Below are positions 27,098-35,963 of a stretch of DNA of 44,496 bases, in pieces (positions within the stretch are counted from its first letter, which is position 1; each line of letters begins with the position of its first letter). Source of the DNA: Bdellovibrionales bacterium RIFOXYD12_FULL_39_22 (GTDB taxonomy: Bacteria; Bdellovibrionota; Bacteriovoracia; Bacteriovoracales; Bacteriovoracaceae). Location: the NCBI GenBank assembly GCA_001770205.1, contig MEQL01000020.1, positions 1 to 44,496 on the forward strand. The letters run 5' to 3'. Below the pieces are notes generated by a model. That model saw only the letters and a program-made list of their open reading frames with translations. It was not told the origin of the DNA and did not search any database. Made by a program: the position numbers and the translations under genes.

Positions 27098-28702
27098 CTA
27101 TTTTCGCCCAATACTCGTATAAATCGGTGGTGCCGACATTGCAAAATAATCATCAATGCCAATCCCCATCATCTTAAAAATCATCGAGTAAAGTGCGCTA
27201 TTTTTCATTTTCTCAAAAATTAATTCCTCGGTTTTTTTATAGGCCAATCCCACATTATGATTTCCGGCCATACGATATTGTGTGATAAAAAAATCCAGAT
27301 AGAAAAAATTTCTATTCCACCCTTCATAGGCCAAAACATCTTGGGCCCCTAACTTATGCCAATCACCGGCCAAAGATTCACTAAAACAGCCCTGCATGTA
27401 TACAAAACGAAGCTGAGTGGCCACTCCTGAAAGTTTAGCGATATCTTTGTATGAGATAAACTCTTCTCCTGCTGACGCTTTAATATGATTTGGAATCCCA
27501 TGCGTTAACAAATAAAGGTCGTATGGTTTGCCCAGTCTCTCGGCCTGTACAATTGCTTCTTTCAAGCTATCTCGATTAAAATTATCAAAGGTGATATAAA
27601 TTACTTTGTCATATACAGTCTTTATCTTCTTGGAAAGCTGCCACCAGGCGATATCCTCGGCCCGCGGCCCGGCCTCCTGCCCGTTTTTTTTATAGAGCTT
27701 ATTTATCTGTGGCTGAAACTGAGGGGCGACGCTATCATCAATGGCCACAAAAATAAGATTTCTATTGGGATTTGTATCAACCAACTCTCCTTCATCAACA
27801 ATAAGTTTATTATTCATATCATATAAAAAAATTCCCTCTTCTGAGAGAATTTTAAACTTTGAAACATAACGATAATCAGGAGGCGAAGGCAGACAACCGA
27901 CCAGCAACAGCAAAGAAAATAAGGCCAATACTCCTTTTACATTCTTTTTTATATAGCTTCGCCCAAGGGCCCCTGCGCTAAATAAAAAAATGCCCAAAGA
28001 AATAAGCTGACTAGTTGACATCGACATAAAAATATCCTCCCCGCGAAAAGTATCACCTCTGTAAAATTCTGTTATAAAACGTCCAACGGGATACAGCAGT
28101 CCCCATATAAAAATAAGCTGTCCGGCCAATTTTTTTCGCAACATTAGAAGAATAAAAAATAACAAAAATCCCAAGAATGAATCATAAAGCTGAACTGGAT
28201 GAACCGGAATGCCTAGGGCCGGCATAACAGAGCGCGGATCAAAGTAACGAACTGCCCAAGGTAGTCCACTAATTTTTCCCCAACAACAACCATTAGCAAA
28301 GCATCCTATCCGCATTAATCCGTAGGAATAACTCAGTGCCAGCGCCGAACTATCCCAGATGGCCAAACGAACGCTGCTATCTTTAATAAAAAATTTATTA
28401 AAGAACAAAACAAAGAGCGCACCAGCGGCCAGAGAACCATAGAATGTCATCCCATCAAAGCGAGTTAACTCTGCAACTCCGACACTCTCTTGGCCTGCCT
28501 CAAAAAAAAGATAAAAAAATCTAGCACCATAATGTGCCACCCAAGAGGCACCAACTACTAGCACTAAAATTTTATATAGCGGAATCTCTTTATGAAAACG
28601 ACGAATAAAATATAACAAGGTGATCAAAAATGCTAACAATGCCAGCTGGGTTGCGGTGTGCACTTCAAAAAAAGTGTTAGGAAGAGTTATATATGGAAGC
28701 AC
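27098..28702 (-). CDS. Lgt-family diacylglyceryl transferase fused to a lipobox and a putative clan CD (caspase/CHAT-like) peptidase domain
   Basis: Lgt motifs GMTFYG, RIGCFANGCCWG, HPVQLY and RFITEFYRGD. These are followed by KKNVKGVLALFSLLLLVGC, then LYLLTHG and FVYMQGC. GTG start with AGGAG RBS. Confidence 0.8.
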   Translation of the reverse strand: MLPYITLPNTFFEVHTATQLALLAFLITLLYFIRRFHKEIPLYKILVLVVGASWVAHYGARFFYLFFEAGQESVGVAELTRFDGMTFYGSLAAGALFVLFFNKFFIKDSSVRLAIWDSSALALSYSYGLMRIGCFANGCCWGKISGLPWAVRYFDPRSVMPALGIPVHPVQLYDSFLGFLLFFILLMLRKKLAGQLIFIWGLLYPVGRFITEFYRGDTFRGEDIFMSMSTSQLISLGIFLFSAGALGRSYIKKNVKGVLALFSLLLLVGCLPSPPDYRYVSKFKILSEEGIFLYDMNNKLIVDEGELVDTNPNRNLIFVAIDDSVAPQFQPQINKLYKKNGQEAGPRAEDIAWWQLSKKIKTVYDKVIYITFDNFNRDSLKEAIVQAERLGKPYDLYLLTHGIPNHIKASAGEEFISYKDIAKLSGVATQLRFVYMQGCFSESLAGDWHKLGAQDVLAYEGWNRNFFYLDFFITQYRMAGNHNVGLAYKKTEELIFEKMKNSALYSMIFKMMGIGIDDYFAMSAPPIYTSIGRK

Positions 28703-28801
28703 TAAACACTCCTGAAAAAATTTATCTAACTCCTCAATATATCACCAAATGACGCCGCGCAAAAGTATTTTGCTAGCGGCTTGTAATATTTATCTGGGGA
28801 C

Positions 28802-28832
28802 AAAAAAGGCCCACTAGAAGCGGGCCTTTTTT
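28802..28832. terminator. Intrinsic terminator (symmetrical) downstream of the 28858..29406 gene
   Basis: AAAAAAGGCCC-ACTAGAAGC-GGGCCTTTTTT. Confidence 0.8.
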
Positions 28833-28857
28833 ATTCTATTTTAAATTATAAAACTTC

Positions 28858-29406
28858 TTATCTTAAGGAACCACGAAGCTCGCTAGATAATTTTTCTACT
28901 ACCTTCAAAGATAAATCTGGATTAATTTGCGCATTTTTCTGCAAATTATCTGCATACTTTCGCATATCTTCATCACGCGCTCCAATAAAGCTGGCCATAT
29001 CTTCAGTTGTTTTTACATCAACTAGCGCAAAATATTCGTTCATTTTCTTTTCAACACTGCGCTCGTTGATAATACTAGCAACTTTATCATTAAATTCTTT
29101 CTGCTCGGCAAATTCTGGAGAAGTTATCAGAGTGCCAAGCAAGCGATCGGTGGCCGCTACGTTTCCATTAACTACTTCTGGAGCACAAGAAGATCCAATG
29201 GCCGCTCCAATAATCCCACCAGCTATCGCCCCAATTATAATGTCGCCATCGTGACCGTGATGATGACTAACAGTTACAGTACGACATTGGCGCTCATATC
29301 CATAATAGGTTTGACGAGTATGGCAACGATACTCTGTCATGTGGTGGGCCATGGCAGTAGAAGTAAGCATTAAAGCACCTAGTGCAAGTGATAGGCCTTT
29401 TTTCAT
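28858..29406 (-). CDS. Secreted hypothetical protein with a His-rich N-terminus and a glycine-zipper-like segment
   Basis: Start at ATG 29406 (AAGGAG RBS); signal peptide MKKGLSLALGALMLTSTAMA; SHHHGH; IIIGAIAGGIIGAAIG. Confidence 0.8.
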   Translation of the reverse strand: MKKGLSLALGALMLTSTAMAHHMTEYRCHTRQTYYGYERQCRTVTVSHHHGHDGDIIIGAIAGGIIGAAIGSSCAPEVVNGNVAATDRLLGTLITSPEFAEQKEFNDKVASIINERSVEKKMNEYFALVDVKTTEDMASFIGARDEDMRKYADNLQKNAQINPDLSLKVVEKLSSELRGSLR

Positions 29407-29456
29407 AAATTTTCTCCTTTTGTTGGTTAGCAAGTTTTCGCGAACGCAGCGACTAT

Positions 29457-29472
29457 TGCAATTGCACGGCCA
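29457..29472 (-). promoter_or_regulatory. Candidate sigma-54 (-24/-12) promoter
   Basis: The minus strand reads TGGCCG-TGCAA-TTGCA, with canonical GG-N10-GC spacing, 50 bp upstream of ATG 29406. Confidence 0.5.
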
Positions 29473-29612
29473 ATTTTTTTACTCTTAATAGGCCCACGCT
29501 TTATGACGATCCAATCGCAATAACAGTTAGTTGTGAATTTTTTGAAAAAAAGAAATGGAGATAATATGACACCAGAAAAATATAAATGGGGACAAGATGG
29601 CCTTCTTTATCA

Positions 29613-31403
29613 CTATCCTTGGATTTTCTCACCCGTTTCAACGGCCGTCATTTGATAGATAATTTTAGCAATCTCACCGGTATATACGTTGATCTGCTTT
29701 AATTTATCCATAATATCCATATGAATCTCATGCGTTTCGATAGTCTCTGGACGGGCCTGACGCAAGCGAATCATATGTTTCATACGAAACTCTTCTTCTA
29801 GATCCATATAGCGTTCCATCTTTTGAACACCCCGTTGGGCCTTGCTTAAATCATGATCGTGAAAAGCAAATTTAATACGACTAATCTGTTTGCATACCTT
29901 TAGATGGAAAAGCTTAAGCTCTTCTTTGCCTTCGGAAGAAAACTCCCGACCTAGCGATTCTTTTTTTACAATCAGCGGCAGCATATTTTTTTCTACAATA
30001 TCCCCTATGGCCTCTAGATCACTCATAATAGAGATCAGGCCAAAAACTTCTGCGATTTGACGATCTGAAAGCTCCTGCTGAGAAACTTTTAGCAAATACT
30101 TGCGAACATTTTCTTCGATAAAATCAACCTTGTTTTCTCTGACATGAATTCCCTCTACAACCGATAGCGTAGGATATTTTTTGTCAAACTGTGGTGTTGA
30201 GTTTAAAAATGGGGCAATAACAAACTCCACCATTTTTTCCACCAACTTTATCATATTATGAATTTCAGAACGAGCAAGGCCAATTGACATCTCTGGATTA
30301 TTAACCACTCCGTAATCAAGGTGTTTGATTATGGGAGTGAGTGTCTGAGAAAGATCCGAAGAGATCGTCTTTTTTTCTGGATAGGCCCAATTAATTAGAC
30401 GCTCCACATATTTAGTAAAGGGTAAAAAAAATAGCGTTAGACCGACATTATACACAGTATGTGCGTTAGCAATCTGTCTAGCATTAGAGAAATCGTAAAA
30501 ATAATTCAAACTATGCACTAGTTTGGTGAAACCGGGAATCCACCATACCACCAGCAACGCCCCCACCACCTTAAAACCCACATGCGCGATGGCCACTCTT
30601 ACGGCCTCGCGCTTAGTTCCAATACTGGCCATTACGGCCGTTATGCAGGTACCTATATTAGTCCCAATCATCAGGGGAATTCCCGCAGTAACAGTAATAA
30701 TATCTTGCTGCGCTAGCACTACCACTAATCCTAAAAAGGCCCCACTACTATGAATTAGGGCCGTAAACATCATCCCAAAAAGAATTCCCACTAGCGGATT
30801 TTCTAAATTTTTCATCGTTTCAATGAAGGGAGTATAGGTACGCACCGGCCCCATGGAATCAATCATAATGCGCATACCAAAAAAAAGTAGCCCAAAACCC
30901 AAAATGGCCGTGGATATATTTTTTACTCTATCGCTTTTGATGAAAACTTTTAACAAAAACCCCACAGAGACAACAAAAAGGGCATAATCTGTTAGCTTGA
31001 ATGCAATAAGTTGGGCCGTAACAGTTGTTCCAATTCCTGTTCCCAGTAAAACTCCTAGCGTCTGTGAAAATTGTAAAAGCCCGGCCTGCACAAAACTAAC
31101 TAGCATTACAGTAGAAGCAGTGCTGGATTGAATGATCATAGTAATAAAAAGTCCAACAAACATTCCCACAACTCTATTTTGAGTAAGCATCGTAAGCACT
31201 CGACGCAAACTGCTTCCGGCCACCTGTTTAAGGCCGGTGCTCATTTTATCCATACCGTATAAAAAGATGGAGATACCGCCAGTCAGTCCGACCACTAGAT
31301 CAAACCAATCAATGTCCATAGTTGTTATTATTTCTTGCGCCAATAATTTAGAAGAAATAAACAAAGAGAAAAAAGAAATAGAAAGAAGTGTGATTGGCCG
31401 CAT
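29613..31403 (-). CDS. Na+/Pi cotransporter family protein with C-terminal PhoU-like domains
   Basis: IQSSTAS and IHSSGA repeats, GTNIGTCITA, RQIANAHT and DLEAIGD. Confidence 0.92.
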   Translation of the reverse strand: MRPITLLSISFFSLFISSKLLAQEIITTMDIDWFDLVVGLTGGISIFLYGMDKMSTGLKQVAGSSLRRVLTMLTQNRVVGMFVGLFITMIIQSSTASTVMLVSFVQAGLLQFSQTLGVLLGTGIGTTVTAQLIAFKLTDYALFVVSVGFLLKVFIKSDRVKNISTAILGFGLLFFGMRIMIDSMGPVRTYTPFIETMKNLENPLVGILFGMMFTALIHSSGAFLGLVVVLAQQDIITVTAGIPLMIGTNIGTCITAVMASIGTKREAVRVAIAHVGFKVVGALLVVWWIPGFTKLVHSLNYFYDFSNARQIANAHTVYNVGLTLFFLPFTKYVERLINWAYPEKKTISSDLSQTLTPIIKHLDYGVVNNPEMSIGLARSEIHNMIKLVEKMVEFVIAPFLNSTPQFDKKYPTLSVVEGIHVRENKVDFIEENVRKYLLKVSQQELSDRQIAEVFGLISIMSDLEAIGDIVEKNMLPLIVKKESLGREFSSEGKEELKLFHLKVCKQISRIKFAFHDHDLSKAQRGVQKMERYMDLEEEFRMKHMIRLRQARPETIETHEIHMDIMDKLKQINVYTGEIAKIIYQMTAVETGEKIQG

Positions 31404-31411
31404 TCTTATGA

Positions 31412-31702
31412 TTATAATACACTTTTTAGTTCTTCTTCAATTTTTGATAAAATTTTATTTTTAAAAGCACTGTAGATAAAAGGTAGTTCCAATAAAATTT
31501 CTACCGCATCTTCAAGGAAGTTAATGGCCAGTACCACCCCCATTCCCTTAGCACTAATTACCTTATCTTTTTGGTGTTCTATTTCCACCCTGATTTGAAA
31601 TTGCCTAAGATAATCGCTTGTGATTTTTTGCTCCACTTGCGCATAGGCCATCGAACGATCAGAAACTTTGTTATATTTTACTCTAGATTTTGCCTGTGCC
31701 AC
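31412..31702 (-). CDS. Small hypothetical protein resembling the 'polyhydroxyalkanoic acid system' (PHA_gran_rgn) family
   Basis: GTG start directly adjacent to the dut stop; C-terminal LELPFIYSAFKNKILSKIEEEL pattern. Confidence 0.55.
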   Translation of the reverse strand: MAQAKSRVKYNKVSDRSMAYAQVEQKITSDYLRQFQIRVEIEHQKDKVISAKGMGVVLAINFLEDAVEILLELPFIYSAFKNKILSKIEEELKSVL

Positions 31703-32170
31703 TTAACATACCCCTGTAGAGCCAAACCCTCCCTCACCTCGCTTGGTTGAGGAAAGTTCGGCAGAATAAACATCAATAAAATGCGCCTGAAGCAGTGGGG
31801 CAACTACCAACTGCGCAATTCGATCACCATGCTTTATTATCTCTGTCACCGGCCCAAGATTACCCATAATAATTTTTATCTCTCCTCGGTAGTCAGAATC
31901 AATAGTGCCGGGAGCATTTAGAATCATAAGTCCTGTTTTAAAAGAGAGTCCCGAGCGAGGCCGCACCTGAATTTCATATCCCGGAGGAATTTCAAAACTT
32001 AGTCCTGTAGGTACTAAGACTCTCTCGCCTGGAGCAATTCGCATTTCTGCACCAGGCGAGAGACAACATCTAATATCTGCACCGGCCGCCTCTTCAGTCG
32101 TATAGGTCGGCACAGATAAATCATTCGAAAAACTTTCCAGCTTTTTAACTTTTATGGGAACTAATTGCAT
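31703..32170 (-). CDS. dut: dUTP diphosphatase
   Basis: AGADI, RPRSGL, GTIDSDYRGE, RIAQL and RGEGGFGSTG. Confidence 0.97.
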   Translation of the reverse strand: MQLVPIKVKKLESFSNDLSVPTYTTEEAAGADIRCCLSPGAEMRIAPGERVLVPTGLSFEIPPGYEIQVRPRSGLSFKTGLMILNAPGTIDSDYRGEIKIIMGNLGPVTEIIKHGDRIAQLVVAPLLQAHFIDVYSAELSSTKRGEGGFGSTGVC

Positions 32171-32201
32171 ATCTCTACTGTTTACCTAGTTTTGGGCCCA
32201 A

Positions 32202-34331
32202 TTACTTATGCTTTTTAATAACTGGTTTGGCCTCTTTAGCAGAAAGTTTTATCCTGCCCAACTTGTCGATTTCTACTACTTTGATTTCAATTTCATCTCC
32301 CACCGCCAAATAATCATTTACATCTTGTACACGCTCGTTGGAAATTTCCGAAACATGAACTAGGCCAGACACGCCAGGAGCAATATCAACAAAAGCACCA
32401 TACTCTTTTATAGTAACGACTTTCCCGATATAAACAGAACCAATCTCTGGCCCATTTAATAGCAAGTTGCAATGGCCTACACAGTTTTCAAGATTGCCTT
32501 TATCCACTCCAATAACCTTAATCGTTCCATCTTCGCCACACTCAATAGTGACATCAAATTGCTCTTGAATGGCCTTGATTACTTTTCCACCTGGGCCAAT
32601 GAGAGCGCCAATCTGATCTGGCTGGATTTTGAAAGTGGACATGCGTGGAACTCCATCCTTCAACTCTCGGCGATGAACATTAATCGTCTTGCTCATCTCG
32701 CCTAAAATATGAAATCTCCCTTTTTTAGCTTGATCTAAGGCCTTAACGATGATCTCTTCGGTAATTCCGGTAATTTTTATATCCATCTGAATGGCCGTAA
32801 TTCCCTTCTCTGTCCCGGCCACTTTAAAATCCATATCTCCTAGATGATCTTCATCACCTAAAATATCTGTCAAAATCTTAAAATTATTGCCATCCTTAAT
32901 GAGTCCCATGGCAACCCCGGCCACTGGAGATTTCATAGGAACTCCAGCATCCATCAAGGCCATGGAACCAGAACATACTGATCCCATCGAAGAAGAACCG
33001 TTGGATTCTAATACTTCACAAACCAAACGCACAGTATAGCCAAAATCATCAGCGCTGGGAAACACCGCCTTGAGCGCTCGCTCCGCCAAGTTTCCATGGC
33101 CTAATTCTCTGCGACTAACACTAAATTTACCTCGCGCCTCTCCCACCGAAAAAGAGGGAAAATTGTAGTGCAAATAAAAGCGGTCATAACCAATTCCTGC
33201 AATACCGTCAGTCATCTGCTCACCTTTGGATCCACCAATGGTTACTACTCCCATAACTTGCGTTTCACCGCGAGTAAAAAGCGCAGAGCCATGTGGGCCA
33301 CTCAAAATATCTGTTTCTGTCTCAATGGGCCGCACAACATCCAATGCTCTTCCACCAATACGTCGATTACTATTTAAAATATCTGATCTCATCATGTGAT
33401 AAAGCAGTTCATCCACCGCCCCTATCGCAATTTTTGCAAAGGCACTATCCTCACTTAGGCCATAGGCCGCAAAATTTTGTTTCATATCATTGGCCAACTC
33501 AGACTCCAGGCCACGTACCCCGGCCTGCCGTTGCAATTTTTCATTTATACTAAGAACTGCTCGCGCCTTTCCAGTAAAAGACTCCGTAACCTTTTCCATC
33601 ATCTTTTTGTTAGGGGTGGTTGATTCATATTTACGTTTAGGACGACCAACCTCTTTTTCCATCTTCGCTAGCACATCACAAAATTTCTTAATATGATCAT
33701 GGCCAAATTTTATCGCCTCCAACATCTCCTGTTCAGAGATCTCATGCGACTCTCCTTCTACCATTAAAATAGCATCTCGCGATCCTGCTATCGCCACTTC
33801 CAAATCAGAAGTCTCCCACTGATCAGCATTTGGATTTAACACTAGCTGGCCATTAATTCTTCCCACCTTACAACTACCCAAATGTCCGTCAAATGGAACA
33901 TCCGAAATTGCCAAAGCAGCAAAAGTTCCTAGTCCCGCCAAAACTTCTGGATCACCACCGGCCGGGGCATAGGATAAAACGGTGGCCGTAACTGATGTCT
34001 CATTCATATAGCCTTTAGGAAACATTGGACGAATCGGACGATCAATTAATCTGGCGGCCAGTGTTTCTTTGGCCGTCGGCTTACCTTCCCGTTTTAAAAA
34101 TCCACCCAAAAATTTTCCAGCAGCATAAAACTTTTCAATATAATCTACTGTTAACGGAAAAAAATCCTGTCCATCTTTAACAGTATGTGCAGAGCACACT
34201 GCAACCAGAACCTGAGTGCCTCCCGATGTTACCAAAACAGACCCATCGGCCTGCTTTGCCAAACGGCCAGTTTCGATAATTACTTCTTTGCCCCCAAATT
34301 CTACTTTGTACTCTCTTTTGTTCTCATTCAT
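32202..34331 (-). CDS. pnp: Polyribonucleotide nucleotidyltransferase (PNPase)
   Basis: RLIDRPIRP, FTRGETQ, ESNGSSSM, DHLGDMDFKVAG, KH and S1 domains. Confidence 0.98.
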   Translation of the reverse strand: MNENKREYKVEFGGKEVIIETGRLAKQADGSVLVTSGGTQVLVAVCSAHTVKDGQDFFPLTVDYIEKFYAAGKFLGGFLKREGKPTAKETLAARLIDRPIRPMFPKGYMNETSVTATVLSYAPAGGDPEVLAGLGTFAALAISDVPFDGHLGSCKVGRINGQLVLNPNADQWETSDLEVAIAGSRDAILMVEGESHEISEQEMLEAIKFGHDHIKKFCDVLAKMEKEVGRPKRKYESTTPNKKMMEKVTESFTGKARAVLSINEKLQRQAGVRGLESELANDMKQNFAAYGLSEDSAFAKIAIGAVDELLYHMMRSDILNSNRRIGGRALDVVRPIETETDILSGPHGSALFTRGETQVMGVVTIGGSKGEQMTDGIAGIGYDRFYLHYNFPSFSVGEARGKFSVSRRELGHGNLAERALKAVFPSADDFGYTVRLVCEVLESNGSSSMGSVCSGSMALMDAGVPMKSPVAGVAMGLIKDGNNFKILTDILGDEDHLGDMDFKVAGTEKGITAIQMDIKITGITEEIIVKALDQAKKGRFHILGEMSKTINVHRRELKDGVPRMSTFKIQPDQIGALIGPGGKVIKAIQEQFDVTIECGEDGTIKVIGVDKGNLENCVGHCNLLLNGPEIGSVYIGKVVTIKEYGAFVDIAPGVSGLVHVSEISNERVQDVNDYLAVGDEIEIKVVEIDKLGRIKLSAKEAKPVIKKHK

Positions 34332-34389
34332 AGTTTTTTCCTCTCTTTCCTTTTTCTTTGATATCTCTTGTCTGATTTAAATAAACGAA

Positions 34390-34418
34390 GCGAGTTTGCA
34401 GACAATTTGCAAACTCGC
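34390..34418. promoter_or_regulatory. Stem-loop between rpsO and pnp (terminator or RNA-processing structure)
   Basis: GCGAGTTTGCA-GACAATT-TGCAAACTCGC, a perfect 11-bp stem. Confidence 0.6.
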
Positions 34419-34464
34419 GATAGAACTCTTTTCTATTAGGATTCTTATACAAAACTCTTGTTGC

Positions 34465-34731
34465 TTACTTTCTCAAATCTAATTCTTTAATAACTTTGGC
34501 GTATTGTGCAGGATCAGTGTCTTGCAAATATTTCAGATGGGCCTTTCTTTTTCCAATCATCTGTAAAAGGCCACGATTGGAGTGATAGTCGTGCTCATGT
34601 TTTTCAAAATGTGGACGAAGATCGTTAATTCTTTTGGTAAGAAAGGCAATTTGTACTGCTGCTGCGCCAGTGTCTTTCTCATTTCTTCCGAACTTTTTAA
34701 CTAGTGCTAATTTTTCTTCTTTTGTAATCAT
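34465..34731 (-). CDS. rpsO: 30S ribosomal protein S15
   Basis: DTGAAAVQIAFLTKRI and HDYHSNRGL; GGAGG RBS; lies upstream of pnp. Confidence 0.97.
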   Translation of the reverse strand: MITKEEKLALVKKFGRNEKDTGAAAVQIAFLTKRINDLRPHFEKHEHDYHSNRGLLQMIGKRKAHLKYLQDTDPAQYAKVIKELDLRK

Positions 34732-34834
34732 CTTTCAATCCTCCGAAAAACCAAGTAGCAAATAGATTAGCGATCAATTTGAAACCTAGTAAGTGGTAAC
34801 GGTTAATAATATTGACAAAGTCAAGAAGGGCACT

Positions 34835-35875
34835 CTAACGAATAAACTCTGACATGTAAACCTTTAAGTTATTTATCAACCGCTCCTCTACCTGGCGAAT
34901 ACGCTCCCGCGAAACTCCATATTCATTGGCGATGGCCTGTAATGATTCCGGAACTTCCGCCAATAGCCTTTTTTCAAAAATCTCGCGATCACGCGGTTTA
35001 AGGGTAATAACAAAATCCTTGAGATGTTTTTTTAAAATTTCAAGACTTTGGGCCTGCTCTAATTGCTCATCTGGCCCAATTTCGGAAGAAGCAATGGTAT
35101 CCATAACCTGCATATCAGTGGCCTCACCATCACTCAAAATGGGCCGATCCAAACTGATCTCTCCTCCGGTAGATCCCAGTCGCTCATCCATAACAGTGAC
35201 TGACTTTTCGGAAACCCCTAGATTGTCAGAAATAAGTTTAGTAGTGGGAGAAATACCCATTCCTTCCAATCGTTGCTTCTCTCTTAGTAAATTATAAAAA
35301 AGCTTCTTTTGTTCATTGGTAGTGGATATTTTTACTAGACGAAAATTATCCAAAATATACTTTAAAATATATGAGCGAATCCACCAACTCGCATAATAAG
35401 AGAGCTTGGCCCCTTTGGTTGGATCATATTTGGAAACAGCACGCATTAACCCAATATTTCCTTCCTGAATAAGATCCATCACATTTTTATAGGCCGAACG
35501 ATACTCCATTGCAATCTTCACAACTAAGCGCAAATTGGCCACCACTAATTTTTTAGCAATTTCAATATCACCAGTCTCCGCTAACGCATGGGTTAGCGCC
35601 TGTTCCTGCTCAATGGATAGTAGTTCATAACGATTAATCTCTTTAATGTATTGAGTAAGTGGATCCCCTCGTTCTTTAGTTGGCCGCCCCTTAGGAAGCT
35701 CTAAGGTATCAGGATTTTCCAGATCTCTATATATAGTTACTTCTTTGCCGGAACTCTCGGAAGGAATTAGGGCGAGCGGATATTCAGCAGGCAACACCTC
35801 CACAACCAAAGACGGCGTGGCCTTAGAAATAATCTTGCTTTTTTTCTCCTTTTTCTCTTTCTTCTCTTTTTGCAT
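34835..35875 (-). CDS. RNA polymerase sigma factor, RpoH/sigma-32-like
   Basis: NLRLVVKIA, DLIQEGNIGLM, YASWWIR, RpoH-box-like QKKLFYNL and VSRERIRQVE. Confidence 0.88.
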   Translation of the reverse strand: MQKEKKEKKEKKSKIISKATPSLVVEVLPAEYPLALIPSESSGKEVTIYRDLENPDTLELPKGRPTKERGDPLTQYIKEINRYELLSIEQEQALTHALAETGDIEIAKKLVVANLRLVVKIAMEYRSAYKNVMDLIQEGNIGLMRAVSKYDPTKGAKLSYYASWWIRSYILKYILDNFRLVKISTTNEQKKLFYNLLREKQRLEGMGISPTTKLISDNLGVSEKSVTVMDERLGSTGGEISLDRPILSDGEATDMQVMDTIASSEIGPDEQLEQAQSLEILKKHLKDFVITLKPRDREIFEKRLLAEVPESLQAIANEYGVSRERIRQVEERLINNLKVYMSEFIR

Positions 35876-35963
35876 ATTATCTGGTTATATTGTAAAAATC
35901 CGTTTTTTTAAAGCATAAAAAAAGGGCGCAAAAATATTATTTTATGCTTCGTATGTATATAAC

